Assembly: GCA_965603135.1 (NCBI GenBank)
Contig: CBFDBV010000001.1
Span: 1 to 45,580, forward strand
Direction: 5' to 3'
DNA from: an uncultured bacterium
GTDB lineage: Bacteria > Armatimonadota > Zipacnadia > Zipacnadales > UBA5352
Length of the DNA: 45,580 nt
In this document: one piece after another, positions 1 to 8,603 of the stretch
Numbering within the stretch: the first letter of the stretch is position 1
Layout: each line of letters opens with the position of its first letter
Program-made: the position numbers and the translations under genes
The notes under the pieces: generated by a model
Seen by the model: the letters and a program-made list of their open reading frames with translations, nothing else
What the model was told of the DNA's origin: nothing
Database searches by the model: none

Positions 1-2
1 CG

Positions 3-188
3 TACCTGGAGGGCGGTTCGGACATCTCGACGGACTCCGAGCAGTTGGAGCGGCACTTCAAGATCGGTCAGTTCCTGGCGGGCCAGAAGGGCCTGAAGGA
101 GCGCATCGAGCAAGTGGGGGAGTTCACGAGGACCGACCAGGGCCAGGCCGCCCTGGAAAAGATGGCGGAGCTGGATAGCCGGCTATAG
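3..188 (+). CDS. 3' end of an unidentified protein-coding gene truncated by the window edge
   Basis: Frame 3 is open from the window edge to TAG at 186-188 (YLEGGSDISTDSEQLERHFKIGQFLAGQKGLKERIEQVGEFTRTDQGQAALEKMAELDSRL*). It has the same strong G/C third-position bias as neighbouring genes. Its stop abuts the convergent pheA stop at 183-185. No family recognised. Confidence 0.4.
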   Translation, partial: YLEGGSDISTDSEQLERHFKIGQFLAGQKGLKERIEQVGEFTRTDQGQAALEKMAELDSRL

Positions 189-1295
189 GTCCGCCTGCTG
201 GGACGGGTAGGAGCCGAGGACCTTCAGCAAAGCGCAGTAGTCTCGCAGCTCGGCGAGAGCACGGGCGGGAGACTCGTCGTCGGCGTGTCCCTCGAAGTCT
301 ACGAAGAAGACGTACTCCCAGAGCTTGCCTCGGGCGGGGCGCGACTGAATCAGCGTCAGGTTGATGCCGTGCTGCGCGAAGGCCGCGAGCGCCTGGTGGA
401 GGGCTCCGGCGCGATGCGGCGTGCTGAAGACCACTGAGGTCTTGTCGGAGCCTGTCGGCGGCGGGTCCAGGTCGCCGATGACGAAGAACCGGGTGCGGTT
501 GTTCGGCAGGTCCTCTATGTTCTCGGCCAGGACGCTCAGGCCGTGGGCCTCGGCGGCTTCAAGGGGGGAAATGGCGGCGAGGCCCTCCTGGTTGGCAGCA
601 GCCTGAGCCGCGGCGCTGGTGCTGGAGGTCGGTATCTGCTCCGTGCCCGGCAGGCTCTCGCGCAGCCACCGGCGGCACTGGGCGAGGACCTGTGGGTGCG
701 AGATCACCGCGCGGATCTCGTCAAGGGCATAGCGAGCGACCAAGTAGTGGTGAACGGGAACGTAGATCTCCGCACAGATGCGCAGGCTCGTGTCCAGCAG
801 GCAATCAAGGGTGGCGCCCACGACGCCCTCGGTTGAGTTCTGGATGGGGATGACGCCGAGATCAGCGTGCGCGTGCTCGACTGCGGCGAAGACATCGGGG
901 ACGGAGGGCTGGCTCAGGAACTCGCAGCTCTGGCCGAAGTGCTTCTGAGCGGCGGCGTGAGTGAAGGTGTGCTCAGGGCCCAGGTAGGCGACGGTGAGGG
1001 GGGTCTGTAAGGCGCGGCAGGCGGAGATCATCTCGCGGAAGACGCCGGCGACGGCCTCGGCGTCCAGCGGCGAGAGATCGCGAGAGAGCAGGGCGGCGAG
1101 CAACTCCGCCTCTCGTGCCGGGGCATAGGCGGGTCTCTCCTTGTCCGCCTTGATGCGCCCGATCTCCTGGGCAATCCTGCCCCGCTCGAGCAGGAGATCG
1201 AGGATTTGCTCGTCAGTTCGGTCAATCTTGTCCCGCAGTTCGTCCAGCGACATCGCAAGCTGGCCTCTCTCGGATTCGGGCGACGCGTCCATCAT
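183..1295 (-). CDS. pheA: Bifunctional chorismate mutase / prephenate dehydratase (P-protein)
   Basis: N-terminal chorismate-mutase helix (LDELRDKIDRTDEQILDLLLERGRIAQEIGRIK). Prephenate dehydratase core (VAYLGPEHTFTHAAAQKHFG, NRTRFFVIG). C-terminal ACT domain (KTSVVFSTPHRAGALHQALAAFAQHGINLTLIQSRP). The real start is more likely Met15 (ATG at 1251-1253, preceded by GAGAGAGG) than 1295. Confidence 0.93.
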   Translation of the reverse strand: MMDASPESERGQLAMSLDELRDKIDRTDEQILDLLLERGRIAQEIGRIKADKERPAYAPAREAELLAALLSRDLSPLDAEAVAGVFREMISACRALQTPLTVAYLGPEHTFTHAAAQKHFGQSCEFLSQPSVPDVFAAVEHAHADLGVIPIQNSTEGVVGATLDCLLDTSLRICAEIYVPVHHYLVARYALDEIRAVISHPQVLAQCRRWLRESLPGTEQIPTSSTSAAAQAAANQEGLAAISPLEAAEAHGLSVLAENIEDLPNNRTRFFVIGDLDPPPTGSDKTSVVFSTPHRAGALHQALAAFAQHGINLTLIQSRPARGKLWEYVFFVDFEGHADDESPARALAELRDYCALLKVLGSYPSQQADL

Positions 1296-1408
1296 ATCAT
1301 TAACTGGCGCCTACTGGCAATGAGAGGGGGCCGTGATGGAGGGGCCCCATTCGGCCTTTCCATTCACGGCCCCCCCGTCATCGGCGGTGGAGGTGAGCCG
1401 GAGAGCTG

Positions 1409-2644
1409 ATGCTGCTCGCCACGGGGCTCTACCTGGTTGGCGTCTTCCTCTTCACGCTGTTCACGCGGGCCTTCTTCGGCATCAGCGGGCAGTCCCTGGC
1501 GTACGCGCCGCTGTCAGCGGCCTCGCTCGTGCTCATCTACCTGGGGCTGACCAGGGGCCCGCGGAACTTCATCCAGCGATGGTACGTGAGCAGTCCGACG
1601 ATTGTGCCGGGAGTGCTGTTTCTGACCGGCCTGGCGGTATCGCTGCCCAACGCCAGGGAGGTGGGGCTGGCCGGGAAGGACTTCATCCGCTGGACCTTCG
1701 TCTGGCTGGCCTTCGCGCCGGCTACGCGAGCCATCTGCGCTGACCAGCGGCGCTGCCGGCTGGTGACGCAGGCGACGGTGATCTTCATTCTGCTCTTCGG
1801 CGCGCTGGCGGTGGGCGACTTCTTCGCCGGAGGGAGCCTCACGGCGCGGCTGCTGGGCAGCCCCGCCATCAGCCCGCAGGGCCGCTATCAGTCCATCTAC
1901 GAGAACGCGGGTATCTTCGCGGGGATGCTGAACGTGGCGTTCCCGCTGGCGCTGGTGGCGGCACTGAGCGCGAGGAAGTGGGTTGGCAGAGCCGCGTGGG
2001 CGGTGGGTGTGGCGGTCATCGTGCTGGCGATGCTGCTGTCGGGGACGCGGGCGACGATTGCCGCCGCCCTCGTGGCGAGCGTCATCATCTTCGCCGCGCG
2101 GCGGCAGTGGTGGGTCCTGGGTCTGGTGGTCGTGATAGTCATGGGCATGTTCGCCTTCGCCGAGATGCCAACGTTCGGGCACTCGCCGACGCTCACGCGC
2201 GTGCACGACCTGATGACGGGAAGGGGCAGCGGCTTCAGAAGTGTGCAGCGGCGCCTGCTCATCTGGTCGGTGGCGCTGGAGTTAATCGAGAAGCACCCGT
2301 TCTTCGGCTTTGGCGGCTCGCAGCTTCGCTACCTGCAGCACGCGGGCTTCAATCGGGCGCATAATGCCTGGCTGGATGCCTGGCTTGATGGCGGGCTGCT
2401 GTCGGGCCTGGCGATGGTGATGATCGCGTGCCTGGTGCTGCGGCGGGCCGGGCAGACGGTGTTCGGGCGGATCGGCAGGTACAGGCAGCCGACACACGTG
2501 GCGCTGGTGGCGGCAAGCTGCGCGGTGCTGATAGGATGGCTGGTGCGCGCCGGGATAGGGAGCAGGATTGACTGGCTGCCGATCTTCCTGCTCTTCTCGC
2601 TCTGCTGGGAGCCTCGCGCCGAGGGCAAGATAGAGGTGGCCTAG
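1409..2644 (+). CDS. O-antigen ligase / polymerase family (Wzy_C-type) polytopic membrane protein
   Basis: About 10 hydrophobic segments. Wzy_C-like motifs LSGTRATIAAALVASVIIF and NRAHNAWLDAWLDGGLLSGL. GGAGGTGA lies 12-19 nt upstream of the ATG. Confidence 0.75.
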   Translation: MLLATGLYLVGVFLFTLFTRAFFGISGQSLAYAPLSAASLVLIYLGLTRGPRNFIQRWYVSSPTIVPGVLFLTGLAVSLPNAREVGLAGKDFIRWTFVWLAFAPATRAICADQRRCRLVTQATVIFILLFGALAVGDFFAGGSLTARLLGSPAISPQGRYQSIYENAGIFAGMLNVAFPLALVAALSARKWVGRAAWAVGVAVIVLAMLLSGTRATIAAALVASVIIFAARRQWWVLGLVVVIVMGMFAFAEMPTFGHSPTLTRVHDLMTGRGSGFRSVQRRLLIWSVALELIEKHPFFGFGGSQLRYLQHAGFNRAHNAWLDAWLDGGLLSGLAMVMIACLVLRRAGQTVFGRIGRYRQPTHVALVAASCAVLIGWLVRAGIGSRIDWLPIFLLFSLCWEPRAEGKIEVA

Positions 2645-2652
2645 CGAGGTAT

Positions 2653-4419
2653 GTGGAGGGTGACGGCGAATATGCGCTGCGGAGGTGCAGGTTGAGCCCC
2701 GCATTCGATCGTGGCGACAAACGCAACAGACCTGAGGACGACATCCCCGAGGGTCTGTGGGAGGAGTGCCCCGGCTGCCGGCAGTTGCTCTACGCCAGGG
2801 AGTTGGAGCAAGGCCTGTGGGTGTGCGGGCGCTGCGATCATCACTTCCGGCTCACTGTGTGGCAGCGGCTCCAGGTGACCGCCGACGAGGGCAGCTTCGT
2901 TGAGTGGGACCGCGATCTGCCGCTGTGCGACCCGCTTGAGTTCCCCGAGTATGCGGAGAAGCTGGAGGACGCGCGCCGGAAGACCGGGATGACCGAGGCC
3001 GTGCTCACGGGGGAGGCCAAGATCCAGGGGATGCCAGTGGCCCTGGGGTTGATGGACCTGGCGTTCATCGGGGGGAGCATGGGATGTGCGGTGGGCGAGC
3101 GGATCGCGCGGCTGATGGAAAGGGCGATCGAGCGACGTCTGCCGGTCGTCATCTTCTGCGCCTCCGGCGGGGCGCGGATGCAGGAGAGCCTCATCTCGTT
3201 GGTGCAGATGGCCAAGACCGCCGGAGCCGCCGAGAAGCTCTCGGAGGCGCGGCTGCCGTACGTCAGCGTGCTCACGCACCCCACCTACGGCGGCGTGCTG
3301 GCCAGCTACGCCTTCCTGGGCGACGTGGTGCTGGCGGAGCCGGAGGCGGCGATGGGCTTCGCCGGGCCGCGGGTGATCGAGGTGACGGGGATGCAGATAG
3401 GGGAGGGGGTGCAGACCGCCGAGTATCAGTACGCGCACGGGATGCTGGACGTACTGACGCGGCGCGGGGAACTGCGCGAGACACTGGCGCAGCTTCTCGC
3501 GTGGTGCGGCGAGGGCGGGCCGCCGGGCCTGAGAAGGGGAAGGTCGCCCGCCGAGCCGGAGGGAGCCCAGCAGGATGCGGCCGACCAGGCCGGCGGGCAG
3601 ACGGCCGGAAGCGGACTGTCGGCCTGGGAGCGGGTGGAGCTGGCGCGGCACGAAGACCGGCCGTACACACTCGACTACGTGGGCGAGTTCATCCAGGGCT
3701 TCGCGGAGTTGCACGGAGACCGCAGGTACGGCGACGATGGCGCAATCGTGGCCGGCCTGGGCTGGCTGTACGGCGAGCCGGTGGCGGTCATAGGCCATCA
3801 GAAGGGGCGACAGGCTCGAGAGCGGATGCGTCGGAACTTCGGGATGGCGCGTCCCGAGGGCTACCGGAAGGCAATGCGTGTCATGCGGCTGGCGGAGAAG
3901 ATGGGGCGGCCCATCATGACGCTCATAGATACGCCCGGCGCGGACTGCCTGGACGAGGCTGAGGCGCGCGGCATCTCGGAGGCCATCGCGACCAACCAGC
4001 GGGATATGTTCTCGCTGAAGGTGCCGGTGGTCGCCGTGGTGATCGGCGAAGGGGGAAGCGGGGGAGCCATCGGCATCGGCGTGGGCGACCGGGTGCTGAT
4101 GATGGAGAACTCCTACTACTCGGTGATCTCCCCCGAATCGTGCGCGGCGATACTGTGGAGAGACCGGGCGCTGAAGGAGAAGGCGGCGGAAGCGTTGAAA
4201 CTGACGCCGGAGGATGCGCTGAGGCTGGAAGTGATAGACGAGATCGTGCCGGAGCCGCCCGGGGGCGCGCACACCGATAAGGCGCAGGCGGCGCAACTGC
4301 TGGGGCGAGCCATGAAAGGGGCGCTCGATGACCTGCGCGACCTGAGCCCGGAGGAGCTTGTTGCGCGGCGCTACCGCAAGTTCCGGCGCATCGGAACGCC
4401 GCAGACTGGTCAGGACTGA
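2653..4419 (+). CDS. accDA: Acetyl-CoA carboxylase carboxyltransferase, fused beta (AccD) + alpha (AccA) subunits
   Basis: N-terminal half: AccD zinc ribbon CPGCRQLLYARELEQGLWVCGRCDHHFRLT and GGSMG / GGARMQE motifs. A low-complexity linker follows (GPPGLRRGRSPAEPEGAQQDAADQAGGQTAGSG). C-terminal half: AccA (ARHEDRPYTLDYV, GRPIMTLIDTPGA, GEGGSGGA). A better start may be TTG at 2692, 6 nt after GGAGGTG. Confidence 0.9.
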   Translation: MEGDGEYALRRCRLSPAFDRGDKRNRPEDDIPEGLWEECPGCRQLLYARELEQGLWVCGRCDHHFRLTVWQRLQVTADEGSFVEWDRDLPLCDPLEFPEYAEKLEDARRKTGMTEAVLTGEAKIQGMPVALGLMDLAFIGGSMGCAVGERIARLMERAIERRLPVVIFCASGGARMQESLISLVQMAKTAGAAEKLSEARLPYVSVLTHPTYGGVLASYAFLGDVVLAEPEAAMGFAGPRVIEVTGMQIGEGVQTAEYQYAHGMLDVLTRRGELRETLAQLLAWCGEGGPPGLRRGRSPAEPEGAQQDAADQAGGQTAGSGLSAWERVELARHEDRPYTLDYVGEFIQGFAELHGDRRYGDDGAIVAGLGWLYGEPVAVIGHQKGRQARERMRRNFGMARPEGYRKAMRVMRLAEKMGRPIMTLIDTPGADCLDEAEARGISEAIATNQRDMFSLKVPVVAVVIGEGGSGGAIGIGVGDRVLMMENSYYSVISPESCAAILWRDRALKEKAAEALKLTPEDALRLEVIDEIVPEPPGGAHTDKAQAAQLLGRAMKGALDDLRDLSPEELVARRYRKFRRIGTPQTGQD

Positions 4420-4443
4420 GCAGAGCGTCAGGGGACCGGGGGC

Positions 4444-4532
4444 TGGTGCCGGAGGCCGGATTCGAACCGGCACGGGGTTTGAGCCCCGCCAGATTTTGAG
4501 TCTGGTGTGTCTGCCAATTCCACCACTCCGGC
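4444..4532 (-). tRNA. tRNA-Leu (anticodon CAA), long variable arm, CCA encoded
   Basis: Reverse complement reads GCCGGAGTGGTGGAATTGGCAGACACACCAGACTCAAAATCTGGCGGGGCTCAAACCCCGTGCCGGTTCGAATCCGGCCTCCGGCACCA. It has a 7-bp acceptor stem (GCCGGAG/CTCCGGC), an anticodon stem CCAGA/TCTGG with loop CTCAAAA, a long extra arm, a T-loop GGTTCGAATCC, discriminator A and CCA. Confidence 0.93.
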
Positions 4533-4541
4533 ACTGTGTGA

Positions 4542-4570
4542 AGTCTATCAGGGCCAACAGGCTTTGTCAA
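4542..4570 (-). promoter_or_regulatory. Sigma70-type promoter for tRNA-Leu
   Basis: Minus strand reads TTGACA (4570-4565), a 17-nt spacer, then TAGACT (4547-4542). The mature tRNA 5' end follows about 9 nt downstream. Confidence 0.6.
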
Positions 4571-4606
4571 TGCCGGCTTGGTCGGGGGGAAAGAGGAGGC
4601 ACAGCG

Positions 4607-5671
4607 ATGTCAGATGAGAGAGGTCCCGGAGAGGTAGGGCAGACGTGGCGGGCGCCGCAGCCACCCCCGGCCGCGCCAGGTCAGCAGCCGCCTCTGAGGC
4701 GCCCGGCCAGGCGCGGCCCCAACGCGCTGATAGTCGCGGGCATCATCGTGTTCCTGCTGATGCTCGCCGGCGGGGTCGTGCTCGTCGCAGTCGCGATGGT
4801 GGCGCTCGGGCGTGGTGGCGAGGAGGCCACGTGGGGCGGTTTCGGGGACCGGGTGGGCGTGATCACAATATCTGGTGTAATTAGCTCCGCCGGCCATGAC
4901 TCAATGTGGTTCGCCCCCGTCGGAGGCTCGCGGAGCACAATGTTGCAGCTAAGAGCTGCGGCCAAGGATGACAGCATCAAGGCGGTCGTGCTGCGCATAA
5001 ACAGCCCTGGCGGCAGTGCCGCCGCCTCCCAGGCGATACACATGGAGGTCAAGAGACTCGCCGAGGAAAAGCCGGTCGTGGTCTCGATGGCGGACGTGGC
5101 GGCCTCGGGCGGCTACTGGGTGGCGTCGGCCGCGGACAAGATCGTGGCGAATCCCGGCACCATCACAGGCAGCATCGGCGTCATAATGGAGACGCTGGAG
5201 TACTTCGAGCTGATGGAGAAGATCGGAGTGGCCGGCAACGCGCTGACCACCGGGAAGTACAAGGACACCGGCTCACCCTTCCGGGAGATGCGCGAGGATG
5301 AGCGGAAGCTGCTGCAAGCGATGCTCGACAACGTGTACGATCAGTTCGTGCGCGTGGTTGCAGAGGGTCGCGGTCTGACGGAAGAGCAGGTGCGCAAGCT
5401 GGCGGACGGAAGAGTATTCACGGGCGAGCAGGCTAAGAAGGTCAAGCTGGTGGATGAACTTGGCAACTTCCATGATGCGGTGGAGCTGGCGGCTGAACTC
5501 GGAGAGATAGAGGGCGAGCCGAAGCTTAAGCAGTACGGCGGCAGCAGGGGCTTGCGTGAGTGGCTGGGAAGCTACCTCGGGTTTGAGCGGCGACAAGTGA
5601 TGTGGGACTTGCTGTATGACCATCGCCTGGAGGGCGTCGAGAGCATGCTGGAGCTGAGGGGCAGTCGCTAG
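4607..5671 (+). CDS. sppA: Signal peptide peptidase SppA, 36K type (S49 family)
   Basis: ATG at 4607 is preceded by AAGAGGAGG (4591-4599). The longer ORF from 4358 reads across the tRNA and is rejected. Pro-rich N-terminus, one TM (ALIVAGIIVFLLMLAGGVVLVAVAMVAL), S49 motifs RINSPGGS, MADVAASGGYWVA, GSIGV, GRVFTGEQA. Confidence 0.88.
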   Translation: MSDERGPGEVGQTWRAPQPPPAAPGQQPPLRRPARRGPNALIVAGIIVFLLMLAGGVVLVAVAMVALGRGGEEATWGGFGDRVGVITISGVISSAGHDSMWFAPVGGSRSTMLQLRAAAKDDSIKAVVLRINSPGGSAAASQAIHMEVKRLAEEKPVVVSMADVAASGGYWVASAADKIVANPGTITGSIGVIMETLEYFELMEKIGVAGNALTTGKYKDTGSPFREMREDERKLLQAMLDNVYDQFVRVVAEGRGLTEEQVRKLADGRVFTGEQAKKVKLVDELGNFHDAVELAAELGEIEGEPKLKQYGGSRGLREWLGSYLGFERRQVMWDLLYDHRLEGVESMLELRGSR

Positions 5672-5706
5672 CCCTGAGGCTGGGCGACTCGAATGAGGAG
5701 TACGAC

Positions 5707-8379
5707 GTGTCAGCCAAGGTCCTGTTGATTGACGGGCATAGCCTCTTCCATCGGGCGTTCCACGCCCTGCCCCCGCTTTCCACCAGCGACGGTCGGCCGA
5801 CGAACGCGGTGTACGGGTTCCTGCAGATGGCGCTGCTGCTGCTGGAGCAGGAGCAGCCGGACTACGTGATGGTCGCCTTCGACGGTCCGGGGCCGACCTT
5901 CCGCGATGAGATGTACGACCAGTACAAGGCGCACCGCCCGCCGATGGATGATGCGCTGGTCAGTCAACTGCCGCTGCTGGAGAGGGCGGTCGAGGGCCTG
6001 GGCCTGGCCGCGGTGCAGGTGGAGGGCTACGAGGCCGACGACATCATCGGCACCGTCACGCGCCAGGCGGAGGAAGCTGGCGACGAGGTCGTGATAGTCA
6101 CCGGCGACAAGGACCTGCTCCAGTTGGTGGGGCCGGCCGTCGAGGTGCTGGCGACCGTCAGAGGCATCAGCGAGACGAAGAGATACGACGAGGCGACGGT
6201 GCGCGAGGAGTACGACCTGGCCCCGGAGCAGATCGTTGACCTCAAGGCCCTGGCCGGCGACAGCTCCGACAACATCCCCGGCGTTCCCGGCATCGGGGAC
6301 AAGACGGCGCACACCATCCTGGCGCAGTTCGACAGCGTGGAAGAGGCGCTGGATGGCGTGGAGGCAATCGAGCCGAAGCGCGTGGCGGAGAAGCTGCGAG
6401 AGCACGCCGAGAGCGCGCGGCTGAGCAAGGACCTGGCCACGATCCGAACCGACGCGCCGGTGGAGGCCTCGCTGGAAGAGTTCGGCTGGGAGGGGCTGCG
6501 CGGGGAGCAGTTGCGCGAGCTGGTGACAGACCTGGAGTTCACCAGCCTGCTGGAGCGCCTGCCGAGCGATGAGAGCGGCGCGCAAGAGGTGGACGTTCAG
6601 ATCGTCAGTGACGAGGCCGGAGTTGAGGAGTTGGTCGAAGCGGCGCGGGATGAGGGGCATCTGTGCCTGGCGCCCGTGACCGAGGGAGGCGAGCTGGCCG
6701 GGCTGGCCGTGGCGACAGGTGATAGCGAGGCGAAGGTAGTGCCGATGGGCGTCGGGGACGCCGCAGAGGGGACGCTGTTCGGCGGGGAGAGCGAGGAGAT
6801 GCCGGCGGCGCTGCCGGCGCTTGCCGAAGCGTTGGCGGACGAGAGCATAGGCAAGCGAGGGGCCGATCTGAAGGGCCTGATGAGGGCGCTCAAGCGCATC
6901 GGGGTGGAGCTGGCGGGCTGCGAGTTCGACCCGGAGGTGGCGTCATACCTGCTGGTGCCGCAGCGGCGCGATCACTCGATCGGGACGCTGGCACAAGAGC
7001 ACCTGGGAGCGGGCCTGCCGGACGGGGAAACGGGCGCGGCAGAGGGCATCTCGCCGGCCCAGGCCCGCGCGTGCGCGGAGGCGGTGGCAACGCGGCGGCT
7101 GCGCGAGCCGCTGTGCAGGCACCTGCGCGAGGCGGGCTTGCTGGAGTTGTTCGAGGAGCTGGAGATGCCGCTGGTCAGCGTGCTGGCGGAGATGGAGGCG
7201 GCGGGCATCGCGGTGGACCTCGAGCGCCTGGAGCAAGTCGGCGAGCGGCTCGGCGAGATGATGGAGGAGTTGGCGGGGCGCATCCACGAGCTGGCCGGGT
7301 GCGAGTTCAACATCGCATCACCGCAGCAGCTCGCCGAGGTGCTCTTCGAGAAGCTCGAACTGCCCAAGGGCCGGCGCACCAAGAAGGGATGGTCCACCAG
7401 CGCGGCGGTGCTGGCGGACCTCGCCGAGGAGCACGAGATCGCGCGCGCGGTGCTGGAGTTCCGGGAGTACTCGAAGCTGAAATCCACCTACGTGGACGCG
7501 CTGGCGCGGCTGGTGGACAGTGAGACGAGACGTGTGCACACCACCTTCGAGCAGACCGTGGCGGCGACCGGGCGGCTCTCCAGCCGTAACCCGAATCTCC
7601 AGAACATACCGATCAGGACCGAGTGGGGACGGGAGATACGAAGCTGCTTCGTGTCCGGGGCGGATGACCGGGTGCTCGTAGCGGCGGACTACTCGCAGAT
7701 CGAGCTGCGCATCCTCGCGCACATAAGCGGGGACGAGCAGCTTGTGACCGCCTTTGCGGCCGGCGAGGATATCCACGTGCGGACCGCGTCGGCGGTGTTC
7801 GGGGTGGAGCCGAACGAGGTCACCAGGGAGATGCGCAGCCGCGCCAAGACCATCAACTACGCGGTGATCTACGGGATGGGGGCGACGGCGCTGGGGCAGC
7901 AGCTCGGGATCGCGCGCGCCGAGGCGGCCAGGTTCATCGAGGGCTACTTCGCGCAGCTCCCGGGCGTGCGCAAGTACACCGAGGAGATTGTGCAGGTGGC
8001 GCGCGAGCAGGGCTTCGTGAGCACGCTGATGGGGCGCAAGCGGCCGATCCCGGACATCGGCAGCTCCGACCGGCGCGCCTCGGCGTACGCCGAGCGAGCG
8101 GCGGTGAACACGCCCATCCAGGGCAGCGCGGCCGACATCATCAAGCTCGCTATGCTGCGCCTGGCGCCGCGCCTGGCCGAGGAGAGCGCGGACGCGCAGA
8201 TGCTGCTGCAAGTTCACGATGAGCTGGTGGTAGAGGCGCCGGAGGGGGAGACCGGTAAGGTGGCGGCGCTGGCGAAGGAGGTGATGGAATCCGCGTTCGA
8301 GTTGGATGTGCCGCTGACGGTTGACGTATCCGTGGGACGCAATTGGCGGGATATGCAGAAACGGCAGCGACGACAGTGA
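5707..8379 (+). CDS. polA: DNA polymerase I
   Basis: 5'-3' exonuclease N-terminus (LLIDGHSLFHRAFHA, GDSSDNIPGVPGIGDKTA). Polymerase motif A DYSQIELRILAH, motif B RSRAKTINYAVIYG, motif C LQVHDELVVE. GTG start with GAGGAG 8 nt upstream. The last 6 codons (KRQRRQ) are read from the downstream micro-repeat. Confidence 0.97.
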   Translation: MSAKVLLIDGHSLFHRAFHALPPLSTSDGRPTNAVYGFLQMALLLLEQEQPDYVMVAFDGPGPTFRDEMYDQYKAHRPPMDDALVSQLPLLERAVEGLGLAAVQVEGYEADDIIGTVTRQAEEAGDEVVIVTGDKDLLQLVGPAVEVLATVRGISETKRYDEATVREEYDLAPEQIVDLKALAGDSSDNIPGVPGIGDKTAHTILAQFDSVEEALDGVEAIEPKRVAEKLREHAESARLSKDLATIRTDAPVEASLEEFGWEGLRGEQLRELVTDLEFTSLLERLPSDESGAQEVDVQIVSDEAGVEELVEAARDEGHLCLAPVTEGGELAGLAVATGDSEAKVVPMGVGDAAEGTLFGGESEEMPAALPALAEALADESIGKRGADLKGLMRALKRIGVELAGCEFDPEVASYLLVPQRRDHSIGTLAQEHLGAGLPDGETGAAEGISPAQARACAEAVATRRLREPLCRHLREAGLLELFEELEMPLVSVLAEMEAAGIAVDLERLEQVGERLGEMMEELAGRIHELAGCEFNIASPQQLAEVLFEKLELPKGRRTKKGWSTSAAVLADLAEEHEIARAVLEFREYSKLKSTYVDALARLVDSETRRVHTTFEQTVAATGRLSSRNPNLQNIPIRTEWGREIRSCFVSGADDRVLVAADYSQIELRILAHISGDEQLVTAFAAGEDIHVRTASAVFGVEPNEVTREMRSRAKTINYAVIYGMGATALGQQLGIARAEAARFIEGYFAQLPGVRKYTEEIVQVAREQGFVSTLMGRKRPIPDIGSSDRRASAYAERAAVNTPIQGSAADIIKLAMLRLAPRLAEESADAQMLLQVHDELVVEAPEGETGKVAALAKEVMESAFELDVPLTVDVSVGRNWRDMQKRQRRQ

Positions 8380-8440
8380 CAACAGCGACGACAGCGACGA
8401 CAGTAACGCCAACGGCAAAGGCAACGACAACGGGAACGAC
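8361..8440 (+). repeat. Nonamer-phased purine-rich micro-repeat (GACGACAGY x4, then AACGCCAAC GGCAAAGGC AACGACAAC GGGAACGAC) straddling the polA stop
   Basis: Direct reading of 8361-8440. It belongs to the same AACGRC / GGCAAAGG word family seen at 33877-33972, 36004-36157 and 36864-36990. Confidence 0.8.
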
Positions 8441-8603
8441 CCCTACCACGAAGGAAGGGACGTAGGCTGGTCCCGCTTGGGCGGGATCGCGATGTGCAGA
8501 TCGGCAGTGACCAGGCAGTGAGGACCTCATCATGGCGGCGCGCCCGAGCTTTGAGACCGGCGCCCGCCGCAGTCAGGGTGAACGGGAGAAGGAGGACGCG
8601 CGT

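Noticed and set aside
2641-4557. 638-aa minus-strand ORF covering the whole accDA region and the tRNA
   Set aside because: It is antisense to a frame with unambiguous AccD/AccA motifs. Its composition is Arg/Pro/His/Leu-rich with no family motif, and it runs straight through a tRNA gene. This is a typical high-GC shadow ORF.
4358-4606. N-terminal extension of the sppA ORF (start at 4358)
   Set aside because: The extension is translated across the tRNA-Leu gene and its promoter. A strong RBS (AAGAGGAGG) precedes the internal ATG at 4607, where SppA-like sequence begins.
8321-8521. 66-aa ORF encoding …SDDSDNSDDSDDSNANGKGNDNGND…
   Set aside because: It is just a translation of the nonamer micro-repeat downstream of polA. 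It has no RBS and overlaps the polA 3' end.
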